DNA of 31,961 bases from a virus. Lineage: Duplodnaviria; Caudoviricetes. Where the stretch lies: positions 1 through 31,961 of the IMG/VR virus record IMGVR_UViG_3300006105_000075, one strand, 5' to 3'. The position numbers and the translations under genes are program-made. Positions 16,279-26,503 of the stretch are shown here, piece by piece; the stretch's first letter is position 1; every line of letters starts with the position of its first letter. The notes below the pieces were generated by a model. That model worked only from the letters and a program-made list of their open reading frames with translations, did no database searches and was not told the origin of the DNA.

Positions 16279-18720
16279 ATGGCAGGTAAAAGAATTTATT
16301 TCACAACGGAAACACCTAATGACCAAGGGGGCGTAATTCCTAATAGTGTTATTGATTTTACCCGTTTTAATGCTAACCCCGTAGTCCTTAAAGAACACGT
16401 TTGGAATAGCGACCCGATAGGACTATGGACTGACATACAACTAGATAGTAAAGGATATAGCGGCGTGCCTGTTTTCCACAAACTAACAGAAGCAAGTAAA
16501 GAAACGGCGGCGTTATATGAGGGCGGATGGTTAAGGGCTTGCAGTATTGGTGGTGAAGCAATATGGGAAACAAACGCAGCAGGTCAATTGGTATTAGATA
16601 AACAAGGTAACAAGATTTGTAAAGTTTTCTATCTATACGAAATATCAATAGTAACGCTTCCAAGTAATGAAGATGCTACTCAAGTAGAACCCGTTGCATT
16701 GGCAGCGAAGATATACAATAGCGAAGAAATAGACACTTTGACAAGGACAATAACAACACTTTCGAGCAAGTATTCAATCACTAATAATAAAACAAACGAA
16801 ACAATGGCAGAAGAAGTAAAAGAAGTAGAATCCTCAAAAGTAGAGGAAACTACTACTACCACACTTGCAGCCGATACAAAAGGGACAGGATTACCTCAAT
16901 GGTTGAAAGACATCATTGGCTTAGGTGGTAAAGTTTCTTTCGGCAGTAAAGAATCATTTGAAGCAGATGCTCCAGCACCGAAAGGTACTCCTGATTCTAC
17001 ACTACCGAAAAAAGTAGATGTAGGGCAACCAAATGAGCAAGATGTTAAACTGAAAGCTAAAGCTGAAAAAGCTAAAAAGCTAGAGGAAGCAAAAAGTAAA
17101 TTAGACGAAGCCACCAAGAAATTGGAAGCCGCTAAGAAAAAAGCAGAAGCAGAAGATGCAAGTGCAGAAGATAAAGAAGCCTACGAGGCTTGCAAAACTG
17201 AAGCAGAAGATGCTATGAAGGCTTGTGATAAATATGCTGCCGAATCTGACGAAGATGAAGACGAAGACGGCGAAGGTGAAAAAGTAAAAACTAAGAACAG
17301 CGCAACTAAGCCCGTTCTTAAATCCGTTGAACAATTAAAAACAGAATATAAAATGGCAACCGCACCCGTAGTTACCGCTAAAGTAAAGGCTTACGGTGGT
17401 AAGACCTTTACACAGTTGATGGCATCAACTGACGAAAGAGACAAAGCACTTATTGACAGGGCTAAGAAAGGAGTTCAACACAATGAAGTTTCAGAATATG
17501 CCGCTGTATTAAGTTCAATCATTGCAGACCCTAAGTATAGGGCAGTAGTTGATAAAACCCGTATCCTTAACACCACAATGGCACAAATGCAAGACGCACA
17601 AGTCAACGTTAACGGTAGACAAGGTGGAGTTGGATTATCATCTATTATGGGCGAATTGCAAAGAGGTGAAGTTGCTGTATTGGGCGCAAATGGTCAAATG
17701 ACTACACGCACTACCCTTACTTCTACTGATGCTGCTTTAGCTAGTCCTGCATTGAATACGATTGAATGGCTGTCTTTAGCTATCTTCAATTTGTTCCCAA
17801 CAACAAGTTGGAAAAACGACATTCCAATGTTCGGCGCACAATACACAGGCGCAAACACAGGTACTATTTGGGCTAACATAGCCGCTGCACCAACAGTATA
17901 TAAAGGCAATAAACCTAGCACTAGTGTTTATACTTATAGCGATACTGCGGTTAGTTTGGCACTTACCCCATATTGGTTACAGCCTATGCAATGGACACCA
18001 TTAACAATGCACCAACTACGTTACGACCAAATGGGTACAGGTTGGGCGCAAGCGTTCATGGTGTTAAATACTGCAATTGACGATACATTGCTTTATACAC
18101 TTGCATCAACAGTTCCTGCAAGTTCAATCGTAGCAACTAGCGGTATTAGTGGTTATCAAACATTACCTCAAACCGTTCAAATCGGCGGTTCAGCAGCATA
18201 TAACAAATTCTACTACAACCAAGCATATGCAGGTTCACTTGTTGCACCAGTATTAAATGACATTGTAAACTTAGAGCAACTTTATGCAGCGCAAAACTTG
18301 CAACTAGAAGGAGAAAAAACTACTTTAGTAGCTGACCCTATTATGATTGCATCTTTGAACAAAGACCCTGAAACCAAATCATTGCTTACCCGTTGGGTAA
18401 ATGATAACGGTGGTGGAACATTTGTTAAGTTCAAAAACACAATCTTGAACGAAAGAAGTAGAACAATCATAGTTAACCCTTCTGCAAGTAACCAAGTAGT
18501 AGACCCAACAGGTATCATACCATCAACTGCAATAAGTGCAGGTTTGAGTTTCGTACCTTCACAAGTAGGTATGGGTATTGGTATGCTGGATGTGTTTATG
18601 GTTCAAGACCCTGTAAACTACGGATATACAATGAGTGCTGATATTCGTATGGGTATTGTTCCATTGCGTGCTAACTTTAACGGTACTGCTATCCTTAATT
18701 ACGGCGCACCAAACGTTTAA
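16279..18720 (+). CDS. Prohead protease-scaffold-major capsid protein fusion
   Basis: N-terminal HK97-type protease motifs NPVVLKEH, LRACSIG and LYEISIVTLPSNEDA. Central K/E/A coiled coil with an acidic tract. C-terminal ~330-aa capsid-sized domain, followed by a terminator. Confidence 0.85.
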   Translation: MAGKRIYFTTETPNDQGGVIPNSVIDFTRFNANPVVLKEHVWNSDPIGLWTDIQLDSKGYSGVPVFHKLTEASKETAALYEGGWLRACSIGGEAIWETNAAGQLVLDKQGNKICKVFYLYEISIVTLPSNEDATQVEPVALAAKIYNSEEIDTLTRTITTLSSKYSITNNKTNETMAEEVKEVESSKVEETTTTTLAADTKGTGLPQWLKDIIGLGGKVSFGSKESFEADAPAPKGTPDSTLPKKVDVGQPNEQDVKLKAKAEKAKKLEEAKSKLDEATKKLEAAKKKAEAEDASAEDKEAYEACKTEAEDAMKACDKYAAESDEDEDEDGEGEKVKTKNSATKPVLKSVEQLKTEYKMATAPVVTAKVKAYGGKTFTQLMASTDERDKALIDRAKKGVQHNEVSEYAAVLSSIIADPKYRAVVDKTRILNTTMAQMQDAQVNVNGRQGGVGLSSIMGELQRGEVAVLGANGQMTTRTTLTSTDAALASPALNTIEWLSLAIFNLFPTTSWKNDIPMFGAQYTGANTGTIWANIAAAPTVYKGNKPSTSVYTYSDTAVSLALTPYWLQPMQWTPLTMHQLRYDQMGTGWAQAFMVLNTAIDDTLLYTLASTVPASSIVATSGISGYQTLPQTVQIGGSAAYNKFYYNQAYAGSLVAPVLNDIVNLEQLYAAQNLQLEGEKTTLVADPIMIASLNKDPETKSLLTRWVNDNGGGTFVKFKNTILNERSRTIIVNPSASNQVVDPTGIIPSTAISAGLSFVPSQVGMGIGMLDVFMVQDPVNYGYTMSADIRMGIVPLRANFNGTAILNYGAPNV

Positions 18721-18728
18721 ATAAACTA

Positions 18729-18760
18729 AGCCCCTGATGTAATAGTCGGGGGCTATTTTA
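18729..18760 (+). terminator. Intrinsic terminator after the capsid gene
   Basis: AGCCCCTGAT-GTAATA-GTCGGGGGCT followed by ATTTT. Confidence 0.7.
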
Positions 18761-18785
18761 AAACTTTTATAAACAACAATTAACA

Positions 18786-19271
18786 ATGAAGAAGTTATTA
18801 ATTATCGCTTTATTATTTATTTCAGCTAGTTCTTTCGCACAGACAAGAACATACACGGCTAACAACATCCAACAAGGTCAATACATTGACTTAGGTGGTA
18901 CTCCAACTACCCCAACGGATAGTTTGCAAGTAACCGATTCTTTGGCTTACATAGTGCCTATTACCCACTTAAATGTAAATGACGTATTTCATACTTTTTA
19001 TTGGCAAAAAGTAGGCGCAGGTACAGCTACTTTGACTATCAATTATTTCCAAAGTAACGACAATGTAAACTATTTCGCAGTACCCAAAGGGGCGGCTCAA
19101 AGTGCATATACAAAAACTTTCACCCTTTCGGCTTCAACTCCTAATTATGTTTCATTTGCAGCCGACACGGCATTATTGCAAGGCCGTTATTTGAAAATTC
19201 AATGTATTACATCAAGCACTGCAAGCGTAAAGGGATATTTGAGCCATAGGGTAAAGACGAATATTAAGTAA
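18786..19271 (+). CDS. Secreted beta-rich protein in capsid-decoration position
   Basis: Signal peptide MKKLLIIALLFISASSFA|QT and a beta-strand-rich mature part (QSNDNVNY, GRYLKI). Located directly after the capsid gene. Confidence 0.75.
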   Translation: MKKLLIIALLFISASSFAQTRTYTANNIQQGQYIDLGGTPTTPTDSLQVTDSLAYIVPITHLNVNDVFHTFYWQKVGAGTATLTINYFQSNDNVNYFAVPKGAAQSAYTKTFTLSASTPNYVSFAADTALLQGRYLKIQCITSSTASVKGYLSHRVKTNIK

Positions 19272-19291
19272 CCACAAAAAAAATAAAACAC

Positions 19292-19669
19292 ATGAGTAGC
19301 ATTCAATTTGAAAGACTGCACGAGCATAACTTAAAGTTATTAAAGGCAAGTGTAAAGAAGTTTGGAACGGTTTGGATTCACGGGGATGGCAATATTTACA
19401 ATAGCAAAGAAAATAGCGACATCGCTCAAAAGTATGTAAATACACCTTTCACTCCGCCAACATACAGAGCTAAGTTTACCACTTTAGACAAGTTGCCTAC
19501 TACATTGGAAGAGTTAGAGATAGCATTACAAAATGGTAGGATGAATGAAATTAAAGACGAGAAAATAGCAACGGTTACAAACAGTTTGCCTACTGTTTCA
19601 TTGGATGACGAAGAAGAAGAAATAACAGTTATTAAAGAAACAAAGCCTACCGCAAAGGCAGGTAAATAA
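19292..19669 (+). CDS. Hypothetical protein (head/tail region)
   Basis: 125-aa ORF with an A-rich start region and a charged low-complexity C-terminus. Confidence 0.75.
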   Translation: MSSIQFERLHEHNLKLLKASVKKFGTVWIHGDGNIYNSKENSDIAQKYVNTPFTPPTYRAKFTTLDKLPTTLEELEIALQNGRMNEIKDEKIATVTNSLPTVSLDDEEEEITVIKETKPTAKAGK

Positions 19670-19680
19670 TACTTACAAAA

Positions 19681-21084
19681 ATGGCTGAACATTTAATTAA
19701 AATTAGTGTAGTAAACAATCAAACAGGCGTTGCACCTTCAAGTGATGGCGTCATGATGATGTTTATTCACGCAACTGCAATAGGCAGCACATTCGCACTA
19801 GATACGCCGTACTTGCTTACTAAGTTAGCAGATGCGACAGCATTGGGGATTACAGCTGCTAACGATGCTACCAATGCAATAGCTTTATTCCAACAAATAA
19901 ACGACTTCTATGCAGGTGGCACAAATGACGGGTTATTATTGTGGATTCAAGGCGTAGCAAAAGCTACTGCAATGGCTACATACGTTGCAGGTACAGCCTT
20001 TGCAAACGGTGTAAGGGCAACAAGCGCAAGCAGCCCAAGCAATAGAGCTAAGATGATAGGTATATGCTATAAATTGCCAACAGCAACACAAAGCGCAACA
20101 GATTTCCCTGCCGATGTTCCAGCGACTATCACAGCACTACAAGCTACACAAGTAAGTCTATTTGCACAAGGCTATCAATTTAGCGCAATAGTAGACGGCT
20201 ACAATATGAGTACAACTGTAACACCTTCAACAATTGGTGATATTAGTTTAAAATTGTGTAGTTCTATTAGTTTATGTATAACAGGAACACAACCTAACGG
20301 TGTTAGTTCGGTAGGTTTGGCTTTGTCACGCTTTGCACAAATATCTATCGGTCACGGTTTCGGCGCAGTTTCAGATGGCAGCGTAGCTAACACAGCGTAT
20401 TTAACTAAGTCTTTGGCGATACAAGCAAGTGGCACATTGACAGTAGGTAAAGTTTACACCGTTTACAATGGTAGTGTGGTTTACAATAGTGTTACTTATG
20501 TTAGTGGAACGGATTCACAACCTACACAATTTACGGCGGTAACAGGGTTCACAACTTTCACTACTCCAGACACGGGTTATTGCGTAGAAGCGTTTGCACC
20601 AGTTGTTAATTTAACACCAAGTAACGCAAATGGCACAGGTGACATAGACCAATTAGGACTTAAACAATATATGTTCTTACGTCCATGGTTTAACAAAAGC
20701 GGGTTCTATTGGAATGACGGCGCAACTTGTACCACTTCAACACTTGCACTTAGTACGCAAGAGTATAACCGAGTAGCAAATGCTTTGAGTGCCGATGCGT
20801 TGGCTTTTTTCATTAATCAAATTGGAAGTAATCAGCCATTGGATACTAAAACGGGCGCGATTGCTCAAAATGTTCTTAATAGCCTTCAACAACAATTTTA
20901 CGATGAATATATTTCGCCGTTAAGTGTTGTAAATGGCGGCACAGGCGATTTGACAGACGGTAAATTGATTTTGACCGCTCCTAACTTCAACAGCACAAAG
21001 ACAATGAACTTTCAGTTAGACATAGTACCTACTCCAATATTGGGAAGTGTTACGGGTACTATTCAATTTGTTTCAACTTTATAA
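19681..21084 (+). CDS. Tail sheath protein (DUF2586-like)
   Basis: 467 aa. L...QYMFLR.....SGFYWND..T......EYNRV pattern, C-terminal IVPTP....VTGTI.F, and position before the tube gene. Confidence 0.8.
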   Translation: MAEHLIKISVVNNQTGVAPSSDGVMMMFIHATAIGSTFALDTPYLLTKLADATALGITAANDATNAIALFQQINDFYAGGTNDGLLLWIQGVAKATAMATYVAGTAFANGVRATSASSPSNRAKMIGICYKLPTATQSATDFPADVPATITALQATQVSLFAQGYQFSAIVDGYNMSTTVTPSTIGDISLKLCSSISLCITGTQPNGVSSVGLALSRFAQISIGHGFGAVSDGSVANTAYLTKSLAIQASGTLTVGKVYTVYNGSVVYNSVTYVSGTDSQPTQFTAVTGFTTFTTPDTGYCVEAFAPVVNLTPSNANGTGDIDQLGLKQYMFLRPWFNKSGFYWNDGATCTTSTLALSTQEYNRVANALSADALAFFINQIGSNQPLDTKTGAIAQNVLNSLQQQFYDEYISPLSVVNGGTGDLTDGKLILTAPNFNSTKTMNFQLDIVPTPILGSVTGTIQFVSTL

Positions 21085-21095
21085 AACAATAACAA

Positions 21096-21512
21096 ATGCC
21101 TAATTATAACGCATTAATTATAACAGCAGCCGAGTATAAGGTAGCATGGAATATACCAGGTACGGCTGTTTTTCCTTTACTTACTGTAAACGAAGTTGGT
21201 TGGACTGAAACTCAAGAGGGCGAGTTAATCTATTCAGTTGGTGATGTTAACCCTATTGGTAACAAAGGAAACGCACTAGCAGTAAAGGGTAAGATAACTA
21301 TTCAAGAGGGTGAATTACAGGCTATTTTAACAGCAGTAGGCGTTAATAGCGTAACTTTAGTTCCCTCAAGTACTATTGCAGTAGTAAGCCTACAAAATGC
21401 AGCATCTTACACATTTACTCAATTAGTATTCACATCTTCCGCAATTAGTGTAAAAGCTAAGGATAAGGAGAGCATGAGAAACATTGACTTTACAGCGTTA
21501 GCAGTAGTTTAA
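21096..21512 (+). CDS. Tail tube protein
   Basis: 138-aa beta-rich protein between the sheath and the chaperones. Confidence 0.75.
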   Translation: MPNYNALIITAAEYKVAWNIPGTAVFPLLTVNEVGWTETQEGELIYSVGDVNPIGNKGNALAVKGKITIQEGELQAILTAVGVNSVTLVPSSTIAVVSLQNAASYTFTQLVFTSSAISVKAKDKESMRNIDFTALAVV

Positions 21513-21528
21513 ATTAAATACACAACAC

Positions 21529-21927
21529 ATGGAAAAGGTTTTCAAAAAGGAAATTACTTTCCTTAGTAAGCAGCCCGTAATGGAAGCGACTAAGGATAAT
21601 AAAGTAGGGGAAATTATCGAAGTTGAAGTTACGAAAGAAGCGGTTTTTAAGGATTTAAGCCGTACAGATAGAACACAAAGGGACTTAGTGTTTTCTATCA
21701 TGGGAACAATGAAGCAAAGCGGAACTAATAAGGCTACTATTGACAGCGAAGGGATAGCAACATTGACAGATAAAGCTATTGAATTATTGTTGATTACCGA
21801 TGCTAAGGGCTTTACAGTTGGGGATAAGACAGAATTTTTAAATGACAATATCGCTGTTTTGAACTTTGGGCTTTGGTTCTTTTCAGAGAAAGTTACCCCT
21901 TTTTTTGCTCAATTGAAAGTGAATTAG
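21529..21927 (+). CDS. Tail assembly chaperone (gpG-like)
   Basis: Located between tube and tape measure, with a slippery sequence near the 3' end. Confidence 0.75.
   Translation: MEKVFKKEITFLSKQPVMEATKDNKVGEIIEVEVTKEAVFKDLSRTDRTQRDLVFSIMGTMKQSGTNKATIDSEGIATLTDKAIELLLITDAKGFTVGDKTEFLNDNIAVLNFGLWFFSEKVTPFFAQLKVN
21897..21906 (+). other. -1 programmed frameshift site of the tail chaperone (CCCTTTTTTT)
   Basis: Heptamers C CCT TTT and T TTT TTT. The -1 frame is open to 22133, where it abuts the tape measure start. Confidence 0.8.
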
Positions 21928-22133
21928 AAGAAATAAATTACAGCCACGAAACGGCTAAAACTAAATTAATCGCTCGAAATGCTGTTTTTTACAATAAAAC
22001 AATGTTTCGGGCGTTTTTGATGTATAGCGGCAAAGAGTTGGAAGATATGACATTACAGGAGTATATGGATTGTCAAATAATGTTACCCGAAGTATTGAAA
22101 ATTATTCATGCACCTTTTCAAAAAACTGACTAA
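21900..22133 (+). CDS. Frameshift extension of the tail chaperone (gpGT-like)
   Basis: -1 frame ORF containing ELEDMTLQEY, typical of gpT-like segments. Confidence 0.7.
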   Translation, partial: FFCSIESELEEINYSHETAKTKLIARNAVFYNKTMFRAFLMYSGKELEDMTLQEYMDCQIMLPEVLKIIHAPFQKTD

Positions 22134-23800
22134 TGGCAGATTATGGCTTTGATATAAATGTAGGCGGCGATATTCTTATGCAGTTAGCTAAGATAAACGA
22201 AAGTATTTCCGTAATGGGTACTAAATCCATTCAAGAAGTGGAGAAAGCAGAAAGCGCATTTGCATCTATGGGTGAAAAAATGTCGGAAACATTTAGCGGC
22301 ATTAAAAATATGCTTTTATCTGGTTTGGGGTTAAGTGCTTTATTTGAAGGGTTCGAATTTATAAAAGAAAGTAAAGGCGTTTATGATGAGTTGCAAAAAG
22401 CCACAACTGACTTAAATCAAACCATGAAAACAATGGGTGGGTCAGTAGGTGTAAGTACTGAACACCTTTCAAAGATGGCGGAGGAAATGAGCAATGTAAC
22501 TGTTTTTACAAAATCATCTATCATTTCGGCTCAGGCTCTGATGTTGACCTTTGGTAATGTAAAGGGGAAGCAATTTGAGGAAGGTATGCAATCGGCAGGT
22601 GATTATGCTCAAAAGTTTTTTAAAGGTGATTTATTAGAAGCTTCCAAATCTTTAGGTATAGCATTGGATGACCCTATTAAGGGTATGGCTAGGTTGCACC
22701 GTACGGGGGTAAGTTTTACCGACCAACAAAAAGAACAAATTAAGAACTTACAAGAGGCAGGGAAATTAACAGAGGCGCAAGAAATTATATTAAAAGAAAT
22801 AAGAAGGGAGACGGGTGGGCAAGCTGAAATGTTTGCAAAGACAGATGCAGGACAAATTGCAATGGCTAAAAAAGGATGGGAGGAAATACAGGCATCCATA
22901 GGGGGGGTTGTTAATAAAATACAGGCTGCATTTGTGCCAGCAATGATGAGGGCGCAACACGCAATTGAAGCAGGTATTGAATGGATGCGTAAACATAAAG
23001 ACGTATTAAAAGAAATTATTTTAGTTATAGGGCTATTTACCGCTGCTTTAGCTATCAATGCAACAATAGCAGCATTTACAGCAGCTCAAGAGGCTATACT
23101 AGCATTTTCATTTGCGAATACCGCATTAGGTGCGTTTACTGCAATGGTAGCAACAGAGGGGCTAGGTGCTGCAATGTTAGCGTTACCAATAACGTGGGTT
23201 GTTTATGGCATCGTTGCAATAGTAGCTGCATTGATGTATTGTTGGGACAACTTTAAAGGCTTTCGTGAATTTATGGGCGGCTTGTGGGGCGGAATATTGC
23301 AATATATCAAACTTGTAATATTAGGATATCAAACATTGGGAAATGTTATAGGAGATATTTTTCACGGTAACTTTTCAAAGGCAATAAAGGACGGCAAAAA
23401 AGGATTGGCAGATTTAGCAACAGGATTTACTACGGGAATGGTAGATGCTGTTAAAAAAGGTGCGGATGCAGCAGGAAATAGCAAATTCAAATTTGGAGAT
23501 GTTATTCATAAGTTTTTACCATCAAGAACAAACGCAGGAGACCCAACCGCAACGGGCGATGGTAAAAAAGGTGAAGGTGGGGCAAATCAAACCGCGCAGT
23601 CAGCAATGAACACCTCCGCCCTTAGTGGTGCAAGTGGTGGATTAGGACAAGCTAAAGTTATTAACATTACTTTTAAAGATGCTTTCCAAAAAATTACAAC
23701 AACGGATAACAAACAGTTACCACAGAAAGGAGAGGAAGCAGTAGAGCAAATGATTAGGGCTATTAACAATATTGCATACAACGAAGGACAAACACAATAA
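22133..23800 (+). CDS. Tape measure protein
   Basis: Helical A/G/K-rich 555-aa protein with LG.ALDDP.KG...L.R.GV.FT motif, hydrophobic segments and YCWDNFKGFR. Confidence 0.88.
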   Translation: MADYGFDINVGGDILMQLAKINESISVMGTKSIQEVEKAESAFASMGEKMSETFSGIKNMLLSGLGLSALFEGFEFIKESKGVYDELQKATTDLNQTMKTMGGSVGVSTEHLSKMAEEMSNVTVFTKSSIISAQALMLTFGNVKGKQFEEGMQSAGDYAQKFFKGDLLEASKSLGIALDDPIKGMARLHRTGVSFTDQQKEQIKNLQEAGKLTEAQEIILKEIRRETGGQAEMFAKTDAGQIAMAKKGWEEIQASIGGVVNKIQAAFVPAMMRAQHAIEAGIEWMRKHKDVLKEIILVIGLFTAALAINATIAAFTAAQEAILAFSFANTALGAFTAMVATEGLGAAMLALPITWVVYGIVAIVAALMYCWDNFKGFREFMGGLWGGILQYIKLVILGYQTLGNVIGDIFHGNFSKAIKDGKKGLADLATGFTTGMVDAVKKGADAAGNSKFKFGDVIHKFLPSRTNAGDPTATGDGKKGEGGANQTAQSAMNTSALSGASGGLGQAKVINITFKDAFQKITTTDNKQLPQKGEEAVEQMIRAINNIAYNEGQTQ

Positions 23801-23802
23801 TA

Positions 23803-24327
23803 ATGGCTATTAGTATAAATAACCCGAATGCGCACCAAAGTACACCAAGTAATCCTCCACAGTTGCAGGTGACTTACAATAATGTAGGCGCAGACCCTAC
23901 GAATTACCCAGCGTTAGTAGTTATTAATGGTGTAACATTGCCAAAGGATGCGCTTATAACAATTGATGGTAAAAAGCTATTAGTTAATTCTAAAATATTA
24001 GACGGCGTAAATGTTACCGAAAGGATATTAAGAGAGCCTTATAAGATTGAGATTGAATGTGTGTTTAGAAAGACCAATGCAGTAGGCGAAATTAATTATG
24101 ATGGTACTTTTTGGATATTCGACCAAGATAGCCTCAACACAGCGTGGACTAAAATATGGATACCAGATAGTGTGTTAAATATTACTAATACTTATTTAAA
24201 CGCATTGGGTGTAAGTGAGATAATTGTAGAAAGTGTTAATCCTACAATTTCGAGAGGCAGCACAAATATAGGGTTCAAGATTTCAGCAATTGAAAACGTA
24301 GCGGGGCAAACGCTTATAATATCATAG
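23803..24327 (+). CDS. Tail tube initiator-like protein (P2 gpU / DUF6046-like)
   Basis: Directly after the tape measure; V.E.I....Y.I.I and N..LNALGV..IIV.S patterns. Confidence 0.6.
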   Translation: MAISINNPNAHQSTPSNPPQLQVTYNNVGADPTNYPALVVINGVTLPKDALITIDGKKLLVNSKILDGVNVTERILREPYKIEIECVFRKTNAVGEINYDGTFWIFDQDSLNTAWTKIWIPDSVLNITNTYLNALGVSEIIVESVNPTISRGSTNIGFKISAIENVAGQTLIIS

Positions 24328-24328
24328 T

Positions 24329-25441
24329 ATGTATTTTAACGCACATCTTACGGTAACAATTAACGGCAATACTATAAAGACTATTTGCAGCGTTAGTAAA
24401 AAGCATGACGGCCACTCTTTAGGTAGTGAGTGCGATATTACGTTGCCTATGAATTGCGTGATACAGTACAAAGATGGAACGCATGATAAACTAACACAAT
24501 ACACGGTAAATACTCAAGCAGCATTCGGCGTTGGTTCTACTGTATTAGTAACGGCTAATTATGACACTTACAACGAACAAACTATATTTGAAGGCTTTAT
24601 AACTGATTTTGTTTTCGGTAATCCTATAAAGATTAAATGTATGGATTATCAATACTTTTTTAATTTAGGAATATTCGGGCAAGAACGGGGGGCAAGTGTA
24701 AAGATTAATAAAAAAAAGAAGTCACCAGTAATAAATACTTACGGCTGCCATTATGCTAGTATCACATTGAAAGACCTATTAACAAATATTATAGGCTTCG
24801 TAAATGATACAATAGACATAAAGTCAACAGATGCCGAACACGTTACTTTAGTGCTACCAATACCTGACATTGAATTAGTAAACATTACTTTTTCAATGAT
24901 GACACCTGCCTCTATATGTCAATACTTTATTAAAGAGTTAGGTTTGGTATTAACATTGAATGGCACTAACTTATATTGTAATGTTGCATCAAATACAACG
25001 GATGTTATTAACTATGCAACAAATAGAAACGTGATAGTGTCCGACCTTCAAAAACCTACTTCTACATTCCAAACATATAAGGTTAAGGCGTGGTTTTATC
25101 AGCCAACAGGAAAGAAAGATAGTATTGAAGTAGGTGATACAAACGGGCAACAAAGGGACGTTTATTTTTACAGAGTGAAACAAGATGCAGCCCTTTACCT
25201 AAAAATGGCAACAGAAGCACTAAACAAAGTGCGCCAAATGCGTTTTAACGGTTCAATTACTACTTATCTTTACCCCGAACCGATACTATTTGCAAAGGCT
25301 GTTTATACTGATATTCGTTATCCTGCAAGAAGTGGCAATTATGTTATAACAGCTATTGAAACAACAATAGACCAAAGTGGTTATAGGCATAAATTAAAAC
25401 TAGCATATTTGACTGACTTAAATGATACAACTAATTTATAA
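24329..25441 (+). CDS. Baseplate hub protein (P2 gpD / Mu gp44-like)
   Basis: 370 aa; C.ITLP, FEGFI, IKCMD, G.ITT...P and G.YVI..I motifs, plus synteny. Confidence 0.75.
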   Translation: MYFNAHLTVTINGNTIKTICSVSKKHDGHSLGSECDITLPMNCVIQYKDGTHDKLTQYTVNTQAAFGVGSTVLVTANYDTYNEQTIFEGFITDFVFGNPIKIKCMDYQYFFNLGIFGQERGASVKINKKKKSPVINTYGCHYASITLKDLLTNIIGFVNDTIDIKSTDAEHVTLVLPIPDIELVNITFSMMTPASICQYFIKELGLVLTLNGTNLYCNVASNTTDVINYATNRNVIVSDLQKPTSTFQTYKVKAWFYQPTGKKDSIEVGDTNGQQRDVYFYRVKQDAALYLKMATEALNKVRQMRFNGSITTYLYPEPILFAKAVYTDIRYPARSGNYVITAIETTIDQSGYRHKLKLAYLTDLNDTTNL

Positions 25442-25989
25442 TGGATAACGAACAAACGGCGAATTTAACGGATGCGTTTTATAGGGCTATCAAGGCAACA
25501 ACTAAATATAGTAACATTTGCGATGGTACTGTAATTGCGGTTGATGAAACAGCCTATACAGCCGACATTCAGTTAGATATTGACGGGCAACCCGTTTATT
25601 ATGCCGTGCCTTTATCTGTCCTTATTGGGAGTGTTGGGGGGGTTGTTACTATCCCCGTTATTGGTAGCGATTGCCTTATAACGTTTAGAGATGGCAACAA
25701 AGGCAGACCTCAATTATTATTTTGCAACCAAATTGATAAATTGTTAGTAAATTGCAACCTTGTACAGTTTAACGGTGGTGAAAACGGGGGGATGGTAGAA
25801 GTTTTAAAGCTAATTGATAGGTTGAATAAAATAGAAAATTTACTAAACAGTTTCTTTACACTTTACAACAGTCACACACACGTTGTTAGTAGTGTAGGTG
25901 CGCCAACGGCACTACCCGTACCGTTAGAGACACAAACGTTAACACCAACACAAAGGGGGGATATTGAAAATACAAAAATTACGCAATAA
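25441..25989 (+). CDS. Baseplate spike (P2 gpV / Mu gp45-like)
   Basis: OB-fold-like P.IGS.C segment and C-terminal YNSHTH iron-binding HxH. Confidence 0.82.
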   Translation: MDNEQTANLTDAFYRAIKATTKYSNICDGTVIAVDETAYTADIQLDIDGQPVYYAVPLSVLIGSVGGVVTIPVIGSDCLITFRDGNKGRPQLLFCNQIDKLLVNCNLVQFNGGENGGMVEVLKLIDRLNKIENLLNSFFTLYNSHTHVVSSVGAPTALPVPLETQTLTPTQRGDIENTKITQ

Positions 25990-26195
25990 TGAAAATAAAA
26001 AAAGTAGTATATTGGTTGATAGTTTTGTTATTAACTTATTTAATAGTTGTTATTTTTAATTATTTTAAAATTAACGATAGTTATGTTATATTTTTTGGGG
26101 TTATTTCACAATCTATTTACATCCAATATTTAAAAAATAGAATATTAAAGTTAGAAAATGGAATCAAAGAATTAATTAACAAACTTTCAAAATAA
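25989..26195 (+). CDS. Small AT-rich membrane protein (two hydrophobic segments), moron-like
   Basis: 68 aa, TAATG-coupled on both sides, visibly more AT-rich than its neighbours. Confidence 0.65.
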   Translation: MKIKKVVYWLIVLLLTYLIVVIFNYFKINDSYVIFFGVISQSIYIQYLKNRILKLENGIKELINKLSK

Positions 26196-26503
26196 TGTTC
26201 GACATACTTTTTGACATATTAGCAAGGGATATAAGTTACGCCAACGGGGACTTTGTTACCACTACTAACGCCTCTACGCAAAACGGTGGCATCATTGAAA
26301 GGTCACGTTGTGCAATATTAACTAACCCAATGTTAGGCGTAGGACTAGAGGACACTATTAACAACAAGTCGCAAGAGGCAGCCGTACAGATGAATAGATG
26401 GAAGCAGCAATGTATAAATGACGGGGCAACGATAGCAACGTGGACTAATACAACAGGGCAAAACGGTGTATTAAACATTTCAGCAAACGTGAGCTATGAG
26501 TAG
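26195..26503 (+). CDS. Baseplate wedge / sheath initiator (gp25/gpW-like)
   Basis: GDFV and P.LGVGL motifs, 102 aa, located after the spike. Confidence 0.7.
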   Translation: MFDILFDILARDISYANGDFVTTTNASTQNGGIIERSRCAILTNPMLGVGLEDTINNKSQEAAVQMNRWKQQCINDGATIATWTNTTGQNGVLNISANVSYE

